From Malacoraja senta (taxonomy: Eukaryota): DNA of 53,571 nt. Each line of letters opens with the position of its first letter. Position 1 is the stretch's first letter. Below are positions 1-11,761 of this stretch, piece by piece. The DNA lies in the NCBI GenBank assembly GCA_038087875.1, contig JAXLNO010000233.1, forward strand, positions 1 to 53,571, written 5' to 3'. Below the pieces are notes generated by a model that had not been told where the DNA came from, did no database searches, and was given only the letters and a program-made list of their open reading frames with translations. Made by a program: the position numbers and the translations under genes.

Positions 1-1025
1 TGGTCCTCTAAACCTGCTCCACCTTCAAGATCTGTTACTTTCCGGCACAAGCCCCGGCTTCTTTGATTCCCTCAATATTCAGAAATCCATCACTCTGTTG
101 TGAAAGGACCCAACAATAATTTCCACAGTCCTCCAGAGTGAAGAATTCACAAGATTCACCATCTCTGTATAATAGAAATTCCCTTTCAAGTTCTAAATGG
201 CCAAGATCTTATTCTGAGATTGTCACTCCATGTTTATACTCATCTTCCCTGCATTCAGCCTATCAAACCCTGTAATAATTCAAAGCAATTGCGTCTCATT
301 CTTCCAAACTTTCAGTTCAGTTTAGTTTATTGTCACCTGTACCGAGGTACAGTGAAAAGCTTTTGTTGTGTGCTATCCAGTCAGCAAAAAGACAATACAT
401 GATTACAATCGAGCTATTTACAGTGTATAGTAGAGATTTAAGAGTGTGGAGCGATTGTAATGTGAGAATGTCAATCTGCTTCTGCGGCTGGCATGCAAAT
501 AGTCGCCTGCGTTGGGCGCCATCTTGGATGTAAAAGTTTCTCTTGGAAGCAAATTTCTTCGAGAATGTAGGCCTGGTTCACTTAAGCACTCTACTCATAC
601 ACCAGACTGTCCCGAGTCATGTTTGGAATGAGCCTTTGCTGTATTCCCTTTACAACAACTACACCATTTATTGGATAAGGAGATCAAAACCACATACAAT
701 TCTCCAAATGCAGCTCACCAAAGATCTGGATTATTGCAGCAAGATATATTTACTTCTGTGCTCAAATCTTCTCATGATAAAGGTCAACACATCACTTGCC
801 TGCTTAATCGCATGGTGCACCTGAGGCTATCAACGTCTTCTATACAAAGACATGTCAGTCCTTTGCAATGTTATCAACTCACTTCTAATTTCCCAAGTTG
901 AACATCAATCATTTGTGTGATAACATAGGTTGTTTGCCAGTTGGATAACAGTTTTAAATATTTTGTTTAAGGTCACTTTTATGATACCCTCATGCACGTC
1001 AAATTTCCCGCCAGTTTTATTATTG

Positions 1026-1178
1026 ACATTATCCTCCTTTGACTTGAAGGGCATTTTGCACAAAAAAGCAGTAATGTAGGGTTAACTTGCATACAATGGG
1101 ACATTATCCTTCTTTGACTTGAAGAAAGGCATTGCAGTAAAAAAGCAGTAATCTAGCGTTAACTTGCATACAATGGGA
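1026..1178. repeat. Two-copy tandem duplication of about 75 bp
   Basis: gacattatcct..gacttgaag..aaaaagcagtaat..gttaacttgcatacaatggga occurs twice. Confidence 0.8.
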
Positions 1179-1260
1179 AAGCAGCATTTCAGCTACTCCA
1201 GGTTAGCAGGCATACTCTGATGTGCATGAATTAATAGAACATACAGTATAGCAAAGAGAG

Positions 1261-2495
1261 AGACAAAATGCTGGAGAACTCAGCGGGTCAGGCAGCATCT
1301 CTTAGGTATGTTACAAAATGCACCTTCAGCAGCTCTGCAGTTCTGCCACTGGCCGTGTGCGTGATTTTGGCGCCTTTGAGGGGGGGGGGGGGGGGCGGGG
1401 TTAAAATGCGGTTTTCACTTACCTGTCCTGGATTATATTTTCTCGGAGTGAATTTTTTTTTTTTTTTTTAATCGCCCGACAAGTTCAGCGCTGGAGTAAT
1501 TTAAAAATTAGTTTCTAAAGCCGTCAATGCCGACAACGGGGACGGGATTTCACGCACGGGACAGTTAAGGAAAGCCGTTTATTTTATGTATAAAAGTGCT
1601 CCTTAAGATGCCTTTAATTCACATTTTACGTTGCGAAATGGTGATTTTTTCCCCATACGAACCGGCAGTATTTTTCCTGCCGATATGGGGTTTAAATTCA
1701 CCGCAACCGCAACGTTCCAAATGATCGCGTTCCAGAAAAACCCACTCGCAAGATGATTTAAATGGCCATTAATTTACAGGTATTAAACACTAAATTCCTT
1801 CCATTTGGCCTATAAATCCATGACAATGAGATTTAAAAATCATGTTATATTGTGAATTCTTGTGTGTATGTTATTTGGACACAGGCTATTTAAAAATGTT
1901 GATCTTTTCTTAAGAAATGGATAAATGTTTAGATCTAGTAATTGAATTATGTAATTAGCTACAATTGGGTAACTAACTAATTATATGCTTTAATTTCAGG
2001 TCATCCAAGTAAGATGTTTCATATTTGTTTCAGAATGCATCAATCTATAATAACTGAAAATGTCTTTCAGTTCTCTTAATTTTTAAGAAAGGTATGGGCC
2101 TTTCTGTCCTCGATCACAGCTTTTGTGTTAAGTCAATGGAAAAGCAATAGGGAAGAAGATGCTAATTTCCGAGTCTGAAAATGGCCATAACTTTTTTAAT
2201 ACTGAAGATATGAAAGTGAATTAGGTGTCAAATTAAACTTCTTTTTATGCTTTATCTGATGGGATAAATTGCAGATTTGATTTTTAAAATCTCAAAATTT
2301 TGTAACATTGCTACATCTCTAGCGAAAAGGAATAGGTAGTGTTTCAGGTCAGAAACCCTTCTTGAGACTGAGGAAGGGTTCCGACCCGAAATGTCACCTA
2401 TTCGTTTCTCCTGAGATGCTGCCTAACCCGCTGAGTTACTCCAGTATTTTGTGTCTACCTGGTATAAACCAGCATCTGCAGTTCCTTCCTACACA
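1261..2495. mobile_element. Penelope-derived hairpin element split by the DNA transposon
   Basis: Inverted arms ctggagaactcagcgggtcaggcagcatctc ... gagatgctgcctaacccgctgagttactccag; same family as the pLTR at 49050 and 49770. Confidence 0.75.
1303..2313. mobile_element. Non-autonomous TIR DNA transposon inserted in a Penelope hairpin
   Basis: 17-bp TIRs TAGGTATGTTACAAAAT / TAGCAATGTTACAAAAT; duplicated CATCTCT at 1296-1302 and 2314-2320. Confidence 0.8.
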
Positions 2496-3649
2496 TAGGA
2501 GTATAGCAAGTAGTTCATGGGTTTGTCAGATATAACAAACTGTCCCTTCATTTTCTGCTGAGACAAGTCAAAATGTAGAAATAAGGAACTGCAGATGCTG
2601 GTTTACCAAAAAAAGACAGAAAATGCTGGAGTTAATTCAGCAGGCCAGGCTGCATCCCTAGAGAACATTGATTGATAATGTTTCGGGTCAGGGACTTTTT
2701 GAGACTCAAAACCTGCCTGACATGCTGAGTTACTTCAGCAATTGTGTCTTTTTTTATATAACAAGTGCTCATTTCTGTAATATCATGCAGAGTGCGTGTG
2801 GACTGTATGCATGGGGGAATGGCCCATTCTTCCCAGCGGGTAAAAGATTGATTGAATAACTACTCTTCTGTTTTATTGAGGATGGATATGTGTGAATAAT
2901 ATCCACAACCGACTATCAGTTTAAGTTTTATTATCAGTTTAAGTTCTAATTTTAATTTCAAGCTTGTTAATTCAGTTCTCTCTGCACAGTCTGAAAAGGG
3001 TCTTGACCCGAAACGTCGCACATTCCTTCTATCCAGAGATGCTGCCTGTCCTGCTGAGTTACTCCAGCATGTTGAGTCTATCTCAAAAGTCACCATATCC
3101 AGTTTATGAGGTCTACAATAACTTGAATTCCTCAACTCTGCTACATGTTTATGGAGCCTTCATTTCAGAACAGCTTTGCAATTCACAATATAACTCTGCA
3201 TGGGCCTGGTTATTATATTTAAATTGACATTAACCATTTTGGGAATAGGCAACTGCTCGTGCAGAAGTTGTTGATTCATTCTACCTATGGTTAAGAATGA
3301 AAACACTTTGGTGTATCTTCTTTCAAAATAAATGCTCTCAAACAGCCATAAAATACCTTGGCACAATGACAACAAACTAAACAAAAGATGGAGCACCTAG
3401 GCAGCAGCGGCAATCTCCCAATAATAGGATTAATTCTATCATAGTTCCAAAGGATCCTGAAATGATTCAGCAACCCAATACTGGAGTCACAGCTACATCA
3501 GCAGAAAATGAAGATGATTTCATCTGGGACAACCATGTACCATGTGATGTTTCTTTTCCTTTCTACAGCCCTTTCTGCATCAAGGACATATTTCTCTTTA
3601 AAGCAGATCCACATTTGAATGTCTTTCTGAGGTTGGCGAGTTAGAAGCC

Positions 3650-5270
3650 TACAGAGTCATAGATCTATACAGCATGTGAACAGGCCCTTCGCCTTCAACT
3701 TATCCATGTCGAACAAATTATCGAACATAGTCTCACTTCCTCCCGGCTCTTATACCTCCAAATCTTTCCCTTCATGAAAAATACAGATGAGAAATGTTCC
3801 TTTAACCCTAATCCCATCTCCTGTGCCTTCACACAGACAACCTTATTAATCACGAAGGGACCCTATTATCTCCCTAGTTACACTTTTGCCCTTAATATGT
3901 GTAGAATATCTTGGATTCTCCTTCACCTTATCTGTCAAAGCTATCACGTCTCCATTTTGCCCTTCTCATTTCCATCTTAAATGTACTCCTACACCCCTAT
4001 ACTCCTCAAGGGAATCATCTGATCTAACAATCTCTTTCTTGACTAGCACCTCAATATCCCTTATTATCCAGTATTCCGTACTTCTGCCAGCCTTGCCCTT
4101 CACTCTAACAGGAACATGCTGCCCCTGAACTCTCATTATCTCAGTTAAAAGTTTCCCACTAATCAGATGTCCCTTTATCTGCAAACACTCTCTCCCAATC
4201 AACTTCTGAAAGTTCCTGCCTAATACTAAGAAAATGGGCCTTGCCCCAATTTAGGACGTCGACTTTGGACTAGTCCTATCCTTTTCCATAATGATTTCAA
4301 AAATAATAGATTAAGGTCACTGGTCCCAAAGTGCTGCCCCCAACTAGCACTTGAGTTTTGCCCTTCTCTGGTAGGGCCACCTACATGTTCATTTAGAAAT
4401 GTTTCCTGAACACAACATAAGAATTTCCACCCCATTCAAACTCAAAGCACGATGACAGTCTCAGATGATATTTGGAGTTGAAGTCCCCCGCTAATTCAGT
4501 TTAGTTTTGAGATACAGTGCAAAACAGGTCCTTTGGAGCACCGACCAGCGATCCCCGCACACTAACACCATCTTAAACACATTAGGGACAATTTATAATT
4601 TTACCAAGCCAATTAACCTACAAACCTGTACGTCTTTGGAGTGTGGGAGAAAAGCGTAGCCCGGAGAAAACCCACGCAAGTCACGGGGAGAACGGACAAA
4701 CTCTGCCTATACAGGATCGAACCACTGCGCCACTGTGCCGCCCTACTACGACCTTGCAGCTATGTGTGATCTCCCCATATATTTTCTCCTCTAATTCCTG
4801 CTGGCTATTGGGTGCCTTCAGTACAATTCTATCAAACTGATCAACTCCTTATTTCTCAATTCCACCCAAATAGCATCAGTGATGATCCCCCAGAAATATC
4901 CTATGTACCACCATGATGTTTTTTCGTAATGAAAATGCAACTTCCTCTCCTATCTTACCTCCATCTCAATCCATCCTGCAGCATTAACCTTCCATAACAT
5001 TGTGCTAGCAGTCCTGTCCCTCCCTCAGCCATGTTTCTGTAATAAATATAATATCCCAGTTACATATTCCTATTGATACCCCGAGTTGTTGTGTTGAAAT
5101 AAGTGCAGTTTAAACCATCATACTTCCCTTGCTCCCTGCAAAACTCCTGCCTTTACTGTCTTCTAAACTTGCTTCCTAACTCTGTATTTGCCTCAACCTT
5201 CTTATCTGCCTCCATACTGCTTTTGGGGCCCAGCCACCTGCAGGCTAGTTTAAACCCTCCTGAGTTTAAA
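3650..5270 (-). mobile_element. Old degraded CR1 LINE fragments
   Basis: Minus-strand ORF remnants (FLNEHVGGPTREG, HFGTSDLN, EYWIIRDIEVLVKK) match CR1 EN/tether regions. Confidence 0.6.
4495..4743 (-). mobile_element. HE1-like tRNA-derived V-SINE
   Basis: Reverse complement of ggcacagtggcgcagtgg head, V-domain and (aaact)n tail; similar to 33872-34185. Confidence 0.7.
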
Positions 5271-5774
5271 CTAATGTGGCATGGGGGCAGAGGTTGGGTG
5301 GGATCTATTTTAGGGAAAGGTTTAACGTAAGCAATGATAAGCCTGATACCTCTAAATTTAGCCTGCCAATGTACCTTGCAAATAACACCATCGTCGTTAT
5401 TGATATTATGATGGATGGTTAGTGAGGCCATTAAGAGTTTTAAAAAGGATACTGCGGCCGATCCCCACGTCTCTCTTTAAAGCGTTACATCACGTGATCG
5501 AGAGTTAATAGGTAATATTTCAGTTTGATCAAGTGTGGATCAAGTGTGGGACGACCCTTAAAATTAGCCGCATTGTCTTATTTCTAAAATTGATGATCCA
5601 TTAAATTGAATAGTATTGCTAATGGGTGACCAATCTTTGGGTCGATCATTTTAAGCATTTTTACAAAAGTTTTGACCAAAAGACCTGAGGAATGTTTATA
5701 TCAATGATCATCAGATAGGATTTATAAATAATAATTGTAATCCCTGACTGAAATCAAAATACTGCAGTTCTTAT

Positions 5775-5910
5775 TGGGGCTAACGGAATCAAGGGATATG
5801 GGGAGAAAGCAGGAGTGGGGTGTTGATTTTGGATGATCAGCCATGATCATATTGAATGGCGGTCGGTGCTGGCTCGAAAGGCCGAATGGCCTACTCCTAT
5901 GTTTCCATTG
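5775..5910 (+). mobile_element. CR1 3'-end fragment
   Basis: ggatgatcagccatgatcatattgaatggc...ggccgaatggcctactcct as in the young CR1 3' UTR. Confidence 0.75.
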
Positions 5911-6432
5911 GAATTTTAAGGACATTGTGGTTGTTTTTATAAACCTGGCGAAAGTCTTTCACTCAGTTAGATAGATCAGTATCTGGAGGGATTTTATAGA
6001 TTATTGTTTTAGATCTTTACACACTCTTTTACTGTTATTGATGGTGAAAGCGGCAAGACAGCGCATAAGCCTATCTGGATCAGCTTGTGGCTAGCTCTTC
6101 TTAGTGCACAACATCTGTGTCGGTTGGATTTTTAAAAAACTGCAGATATTCGAAATCTGAAACAAAAAACGAAATGCTGCAAACATTCAACAAGTCAGGC
6201 AGCATTTATGGAAAGAGAAACTGTAAACATTACAGATTCATAAAGGTGAATAAGAAAACAGGGTTTGGAACAGCTTGTCATTATTTTGTCTCGATTTTTC
6301 TAGTTATACCCGTATTGTCTGGCATATCCTGGAGCCTTACTACCATTATCACATTATGCACACAAAGCATATTGTGCCTGTAACCGCCATCTCATTAATC
6401 GATCTGGACTACCCAGTCACAAATATTGCCTT

Positions 6433-6580
6433 AGATAGAAACAAAATGCTGGTATAAAGAAGAGACTCGACCCAAAATATCACCCATTCCTTCTCTCCAG
6501 GGATGCTGCCTGCCCCGCTGAGTTACTCCAGCATTTTGTTTCTATCTTCGGTTTAAACCAGCATCAGCAGTTCCTTCCTA
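6433..6580. mobile_element. Short Penelope-derived element with 15-bp TSD
   Basis: CACAAATATTGCCTT duplicated at 6418-6432 and 6581-6595. Confidence 0.75.
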
Positions 6581-6850
6581 CACAAATATTGCCTTGTTCT
6601 ACTAATTCCTCCCCTACCGTCTCTGGTCCTGTAATTGCTCTTTCCCAGACATGACAAAGAGACATGCACTTGAAATTTTAACACTCTTTTTCTTGTTTAT
6701 TTGAATCCAAGTTTCCCTATCTCTGTGCTAGTACTCCTATCTTCAGATCAATACTCCAGGCTTCTGAATATAATTCAATAAATGCAACCACGTATGATAC
6801 TATGGAAAGAAGATGCACATAAATTATAATGTGGACCACAGCTCCTCCTG

Positions 6851-7430
6851 AACAGGTCCCCTTGATCTTCACCTAGCACCCCACTACCCACCACATTTAA
6901 CAGAATATTTCCTGTCACCGTCAAAGAGATTCCACTGCGATATACTTCACCTCTCTCTTCCCTTTTAGTTTTTCACAGGGATCCGCTCTTCTACTCCAGG
7001 CAACCATTGTTGTTTTTATGGCACTTTTTCTTGCAACTGCTGGCAATGCAACACATGTTCTTTTATCTCACTCCTTCCAACCTCTAGGGACACAGTCTGC
7101 CCAGATGTAGCAGCAATTAGCTTGCACTTCTTCTAATCTAGTGTTATAATTCACTATAATTCAGTGTTCATAACGCTGCCTCCTCTACATTGGAGAAACC
7201 AAACCCTAATTTTATGCTCACTTTGCGGAGCACCTGCGTTCAGTCCACAGGGACAACCCTCACCTCCCCGTTGTCTGTCACTTTAATTTTCCAATCCTCT
7301 CCTACTTTGACCTGCCGGTCTGCTGCCACCTGCATTGTTACAAGCACAAGACAACCTGAGTAACATCACCACGTCTTTCTGGGCACATTGCAGACATCTT
7401 GATTTAGTATGAATTCTACAACTTCAGATA
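6851..7430 (+). mobile_element. Old Penelope-like element fragment (GIY-YIG region)
   Basis: Degenerate match to 49146-49670 (ctctacattggagaaaccaa, gagcacctgcgttcagtc). Confidence 0.6.
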
Positions 7431-8234
7431 ACTTGATTTCTCTGTTTATATCAGTCACCCATCTGTGACATTGGCTCAGCTTCTTTGCTTCTTTTTCCTT
7501 GTTTTTTTTTCTCTGGAAGTGAAGGATATGTCCAGCCTGATCAAGTCTTCCTTCTCTGGATTTCACACTCTTTATTTTCTCCCATAGATAACTCTCTTTA
7601 ATTTCCTATGGTTACAGCCTGACTTGCAATGTCACTTTATTTTTATTTTAGATTTCCAGCAACTGTAATGCCTTATCCTTCTGTGGTCGTGGTACCCAAT
7701 ATATTTTGCATTCGGAGTAATGATTAATGCATGACTTCAAAAGATTTTAATTAGATAAGGATATTATTTCCTAAGACTTTTTAACAATGAAAGGTGGTCT
7801 GTTCGAAATATATTACATTCTTGGTCCTCCTCTTAGAAATATAGAATCAAGGGTCATTGTCTTAAAAATTGGTGGGTCAACCACTTTAAACCAAGAGGAA
7901 CTTTACCCAAGAGTTGGACATTTTAGAATTTTATTGTGAGTTGTGAGTGCTCAAATACTGAGTATATATTCAAGACTGAGATCAAAATGATTGTTATGAA
8001 CAAAATAATTAAGGGAAAAGAGGGACAAGCAAGAAAGTGAACTATAAAATTAGACATGTCCTTATTGGACTGCCAAACTGGCCTGACCAGATACAAGTGA
8101 AAAGTCTTGAATCATCTATTCATAAAAAGGAACCAAATCCACAAAGCAATATCAAAGCACATATTTACAAAATGGCACACAAGAAGAATTAGATTAACTA
8201 AATATGTCAAAATTCATCAAGTTTAGCAATTTAC

Positions 8235-8366
8235 CCCAATGTTTCCTGGTGGATTTTTTCTAAATTGTTCACGTGAAAGGACAATTTGATATTTGGTCAA
8301 ATTTGCTATATCTTTATGAAGTATGGCTCGAGTATTAAGCAGACGTCTTGTGGATGCTTCCAAGAC
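8235..8366 (-). CDS. FANCM: FANCM coding exon 5
   Basis: VLEASTRRLLNTRAILHKDIANLTKYQIVLSREQFRKNPPGNIG; poly-T tract plus tag acceptor, gtaaat donor; 132 bp, same as human exon 5; not in the ORF track. Confidence 0.93.
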
Positions 8367-9526
8367 CTACAAAAAAAAGCACAGAATGTCATTTAGTTGA
8401 AACACCTTTACAATAGTGTAATTAATTTAGTTTGGTTAGTCATAACATAAGCTATTGCCAGTTGGAAAATGCTATTTCCCTCCTATCAGCCCACCCTTGG
8501 TATTCTCTCCAGACAGAGAGGTAGTAAACATCCACATCTGCACAAAAGTAGAAAACATTTCTAATATCCCTTCCTAGTCTGTGGATGCCACAAATAAGGT
8601 TAATAACTATCCCTAAGTGCCATTAAGAAAGGGGTGCTGTCAACTTCCTTCTTGAAATACTGCAACTCTTGTGGCACAGACACACTCATAGTGCTGTTAC
8701 ATGAGGAGTTCCAGGATTTGGAATGCAGAAGAGTTTCTTGATTTGCAACAACCAGGCACTGCAAAGTTTGAAGTCCACTTTCAGAAGATTCAGCAAGCAG
8801 CTTGCCCTTATAAATTACCAGAGAACCGCCTGCCAAGCTCAAATAAATTAGTCAAAGCTGCTGCCTATATAAACCATCAAATGAAGTTGGCTGAATGTAG
8901 ATAATTGATAAACTTTTCCCGCTTTTTTCACCTTGCTGCTATGTACATATCTTTTGTTTAAATGCATTTAATCAGTTGAATTAGTCTTTTATCTGCAAGT
9001 TCTATTATTTCCAATTTATGCTGTCCATGATCATTCTTCATCATTAGTTCCACGATGTTAATTAGAATTTCATGTTGAAAACAAAAAAATATTTAATTCA
9101 TAACCTTGTTTGAAGCAGTGAACTCAGTCCTTGATAGATCATAGAACGGTACAGCGTAGGAACTTTATTTTTAAGCTCCACCCATATTGCCTCAGCAGAC
9201 GAACCCACCAGTATGTCCTCTCTGAAGGCCGCCCATGACAGTCTCCCTGATTAGTATCTAACTCCTCCTGTTTGTTAATCAATTTAATCAGGAAATAAAT
9301 AATATAGCAGCCTTAAAAATCATAAACATAAGCCTCATAATAAAAGGCAATACAACATATTGTAGTTTTTTACATTCAGAAAAACATCAGGAAAATTAAA
9401 AGGTACGAGATTGTGACAATTTATTATTCAGTTTTCAATCTTTCCATTGAACGTGCATATCAAAATACACAATATATTTTAATGACAGAGGTTTAGCAAT
9501 ATTTCTACCCTCTTCCTCACCCTCTC

Positions 9527-9696
9527 TGTTGTGTATTTGGATGCTTGGAACAGACTTTAATAAGGCTCGGACACGGGAGTAAACTAACAAGCTTCTTTAT
9601 TCCAGGACGCCACCTTGAGTCTCCCCCGCGCATGCGTACTTGCACAAGACATCACATATACTAATTATATATGCTAATTATATCACATACCTAACA
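9527..9696 (-). mobile_element. Solo LTR
   Basis: TGTT...AACA termini, 5-bp TSD CTCTC (9522-9526, 9697-9701), AATAAA on the minus strand. Confidence 0.65.
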
Positions 9697-9924
9697 CTCT
9701 CCTTCCCATTCACCACTTCATACCTACTTAAGACAAGACTCCAGTATGAAAAGACTGGACCATTTCCCACCCCAACCAACACTTCACACCCACTCAGAGC
9801 CTGACCTGAGTCTAAAAAGACTGGGCCCTTCTACACCCACCCCCCTCCAATCATCACTTCACACCAATTACCCACACCCTCCTTGCTGAACAACATCACT
9901 TCATCAACAATAAAAAAAAAGAGG

Positions 9925-11210
9925 AGGTGGAGAGGCTTTTCAGAAGACAGAAAAGCCAGAAATCTCCAGGACCTGGCAACGTTTCCGCCTCTACTGGATC
10001 TGTGGATGATGCAGTCAACCTGGGCCTGCATTTCATCCTGCAGCACCTAGACCGCCAGGGGACCTATGTGAGGATCCTGTTTGTTGATTTTAGCTCTGCA
10101 TTCAACACCATTGTGCCAGAGCTACTACACTTCAAACTTTCCGAGTTGACTGTGCCTGAACCCCTCTGTCGGTGGATCACCAGCTTCCTGACAGACAGGA
10201 AGCAGCATGTGAGGCTGGGAAAGCACATCTAGGACCCGCAAACGCTCAGCATAGGAGCACCGCAAGGCTTTGTACTCTCTCCTCTCCTCTACTCTCTCTA
10301 CACCAACGACTGCACCTCCACAGACACCTCTGTCAAGCTTCTCAAGTTTGTGGACGACACAACCCTGATTGGATTGATCCAGGATGGGGAGGAATTCGCC
10401 TACAGACAGGAAGTGTCACAGCTTGCGTCCTGGTGCCATCGCAACAACCTAGAGCTCAATGCTCTTAAGACAGTGGAATTGATTGTAGACTTTAGGAGAG
10501 CTCCCCCTTCCCTCACCCCACTCACCATCAACAACACCACAGTCATATCTGTGGAGTCTTTTAAGTTCCTGGGAACCATCATCTCCAAGGACCTTAAGTG
10601 GGGGGCTACCATCGACTCCACAGTCAAAAAGGTACAATAGAGGATGTACTTCCTACGGCAGCTGAGTAAGCACAATCTGCCACAGGCAATTATGGTCCAA
10701 TTCTACATGGCCATCGTAGAGTCTGATCACACCTTCTCCATCATGGTCTGGTTTGACTCAGCCACCAAGCAGACACCTGGAGGCTGCAGCGAATCGTCCG
10801 ATCAGCTGAGTAGGTTATGGCTGCAAACCTTCCCTCCATTGATGAACTGTACACTGCAAGGGCCAGGAAGCGAGCGGGCAAGATCATCTCTGAACCCTCT
10901 CACCCTGGCCACAAACTATTTGAATCACTTCCCTCTGGAAGGCGACTCCGGACTGTCAAAGCTGCCACAGCCAGACATAAAAACAGTTTTTGTCCACGAG
11001 TAGCTGCTCTACTCAACAGCCAAAAATCTGTAGCCTCCCTTTGATCTGGTATTTTGTTGGTTCAGGTGCTTAATCAATGGTGTTTTATCATTAATGTTTT
11101 ATTATTATTAATGTTTAGTGTTTTCTGAGTCATTCGTATGTCATGTTGTTACTTGTGGGCAAATTCCTTGTATGTGAATACTTGGCCAATAAACTTACTT
11201 ACTTACTTAC
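9925..11210 (+). mobile_element. Rex1/Babar-like LINE, 5'-truncated and internally deleted
   Basis: RT remnants YVRILFVDFSSAFNTIVP, DDTTLIGLI, HPGHKLFESLPSGRR; aataaa plus (ctta)n tail. Confidence 0.85.
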
Positions 11211-11761
11211 ATTAAACATTGTTAGCCCGTTTTTGTGGATGGTGGGACGTAGTGCAAAAGACAAAAGATGTATGCAAACAGAAGGAAAACAGACATCTTC
11301 CTAGAATAGTGGTGCGCAGTTTTAAGGCCTAATTCTACTCCTGTTCCTTATGCCCTTGTGTCCTTAATCTCATTCCATCTCCCGTGCTACAGTTCAATCG
11401 AATTTTACAGCATGATTGTCCATATGTTGATCATAATATAATATAATTTGGGATAATATAATGACAAGGCAGTTACAAGCTTCATTCCGAACAAGTTAGC
11501 ACACCACCTGGGAGGAGAGCCCAGTAAAGATTGTCTGCTTAATCAACATCAAGATCTATAAATGTCAAATGCTTAGGAACAAATCAACAGATGTCCTCTC
11601 CTTGAGACTGGAAAGGAATAAAATAAAGGCTTAGATGACTCTCGACATAGGCAACTGGAATTAAGGTTATAATGACCCGATGATGCAGTGCCATGTCACA
11701 AACTCATGGCAATTCCAAGTACCATCATGACTATCCAGATTATGAAATTAACTCAAAGTAA

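Noticed and set aside
1..8234. FANCM exon 6 (…SLYHGYELLQQMG…)
   Set aside because: Searched on the minus strand and not found; the donor-like site near 716 lies in a decayed CR1; the exon is presumably outside the window
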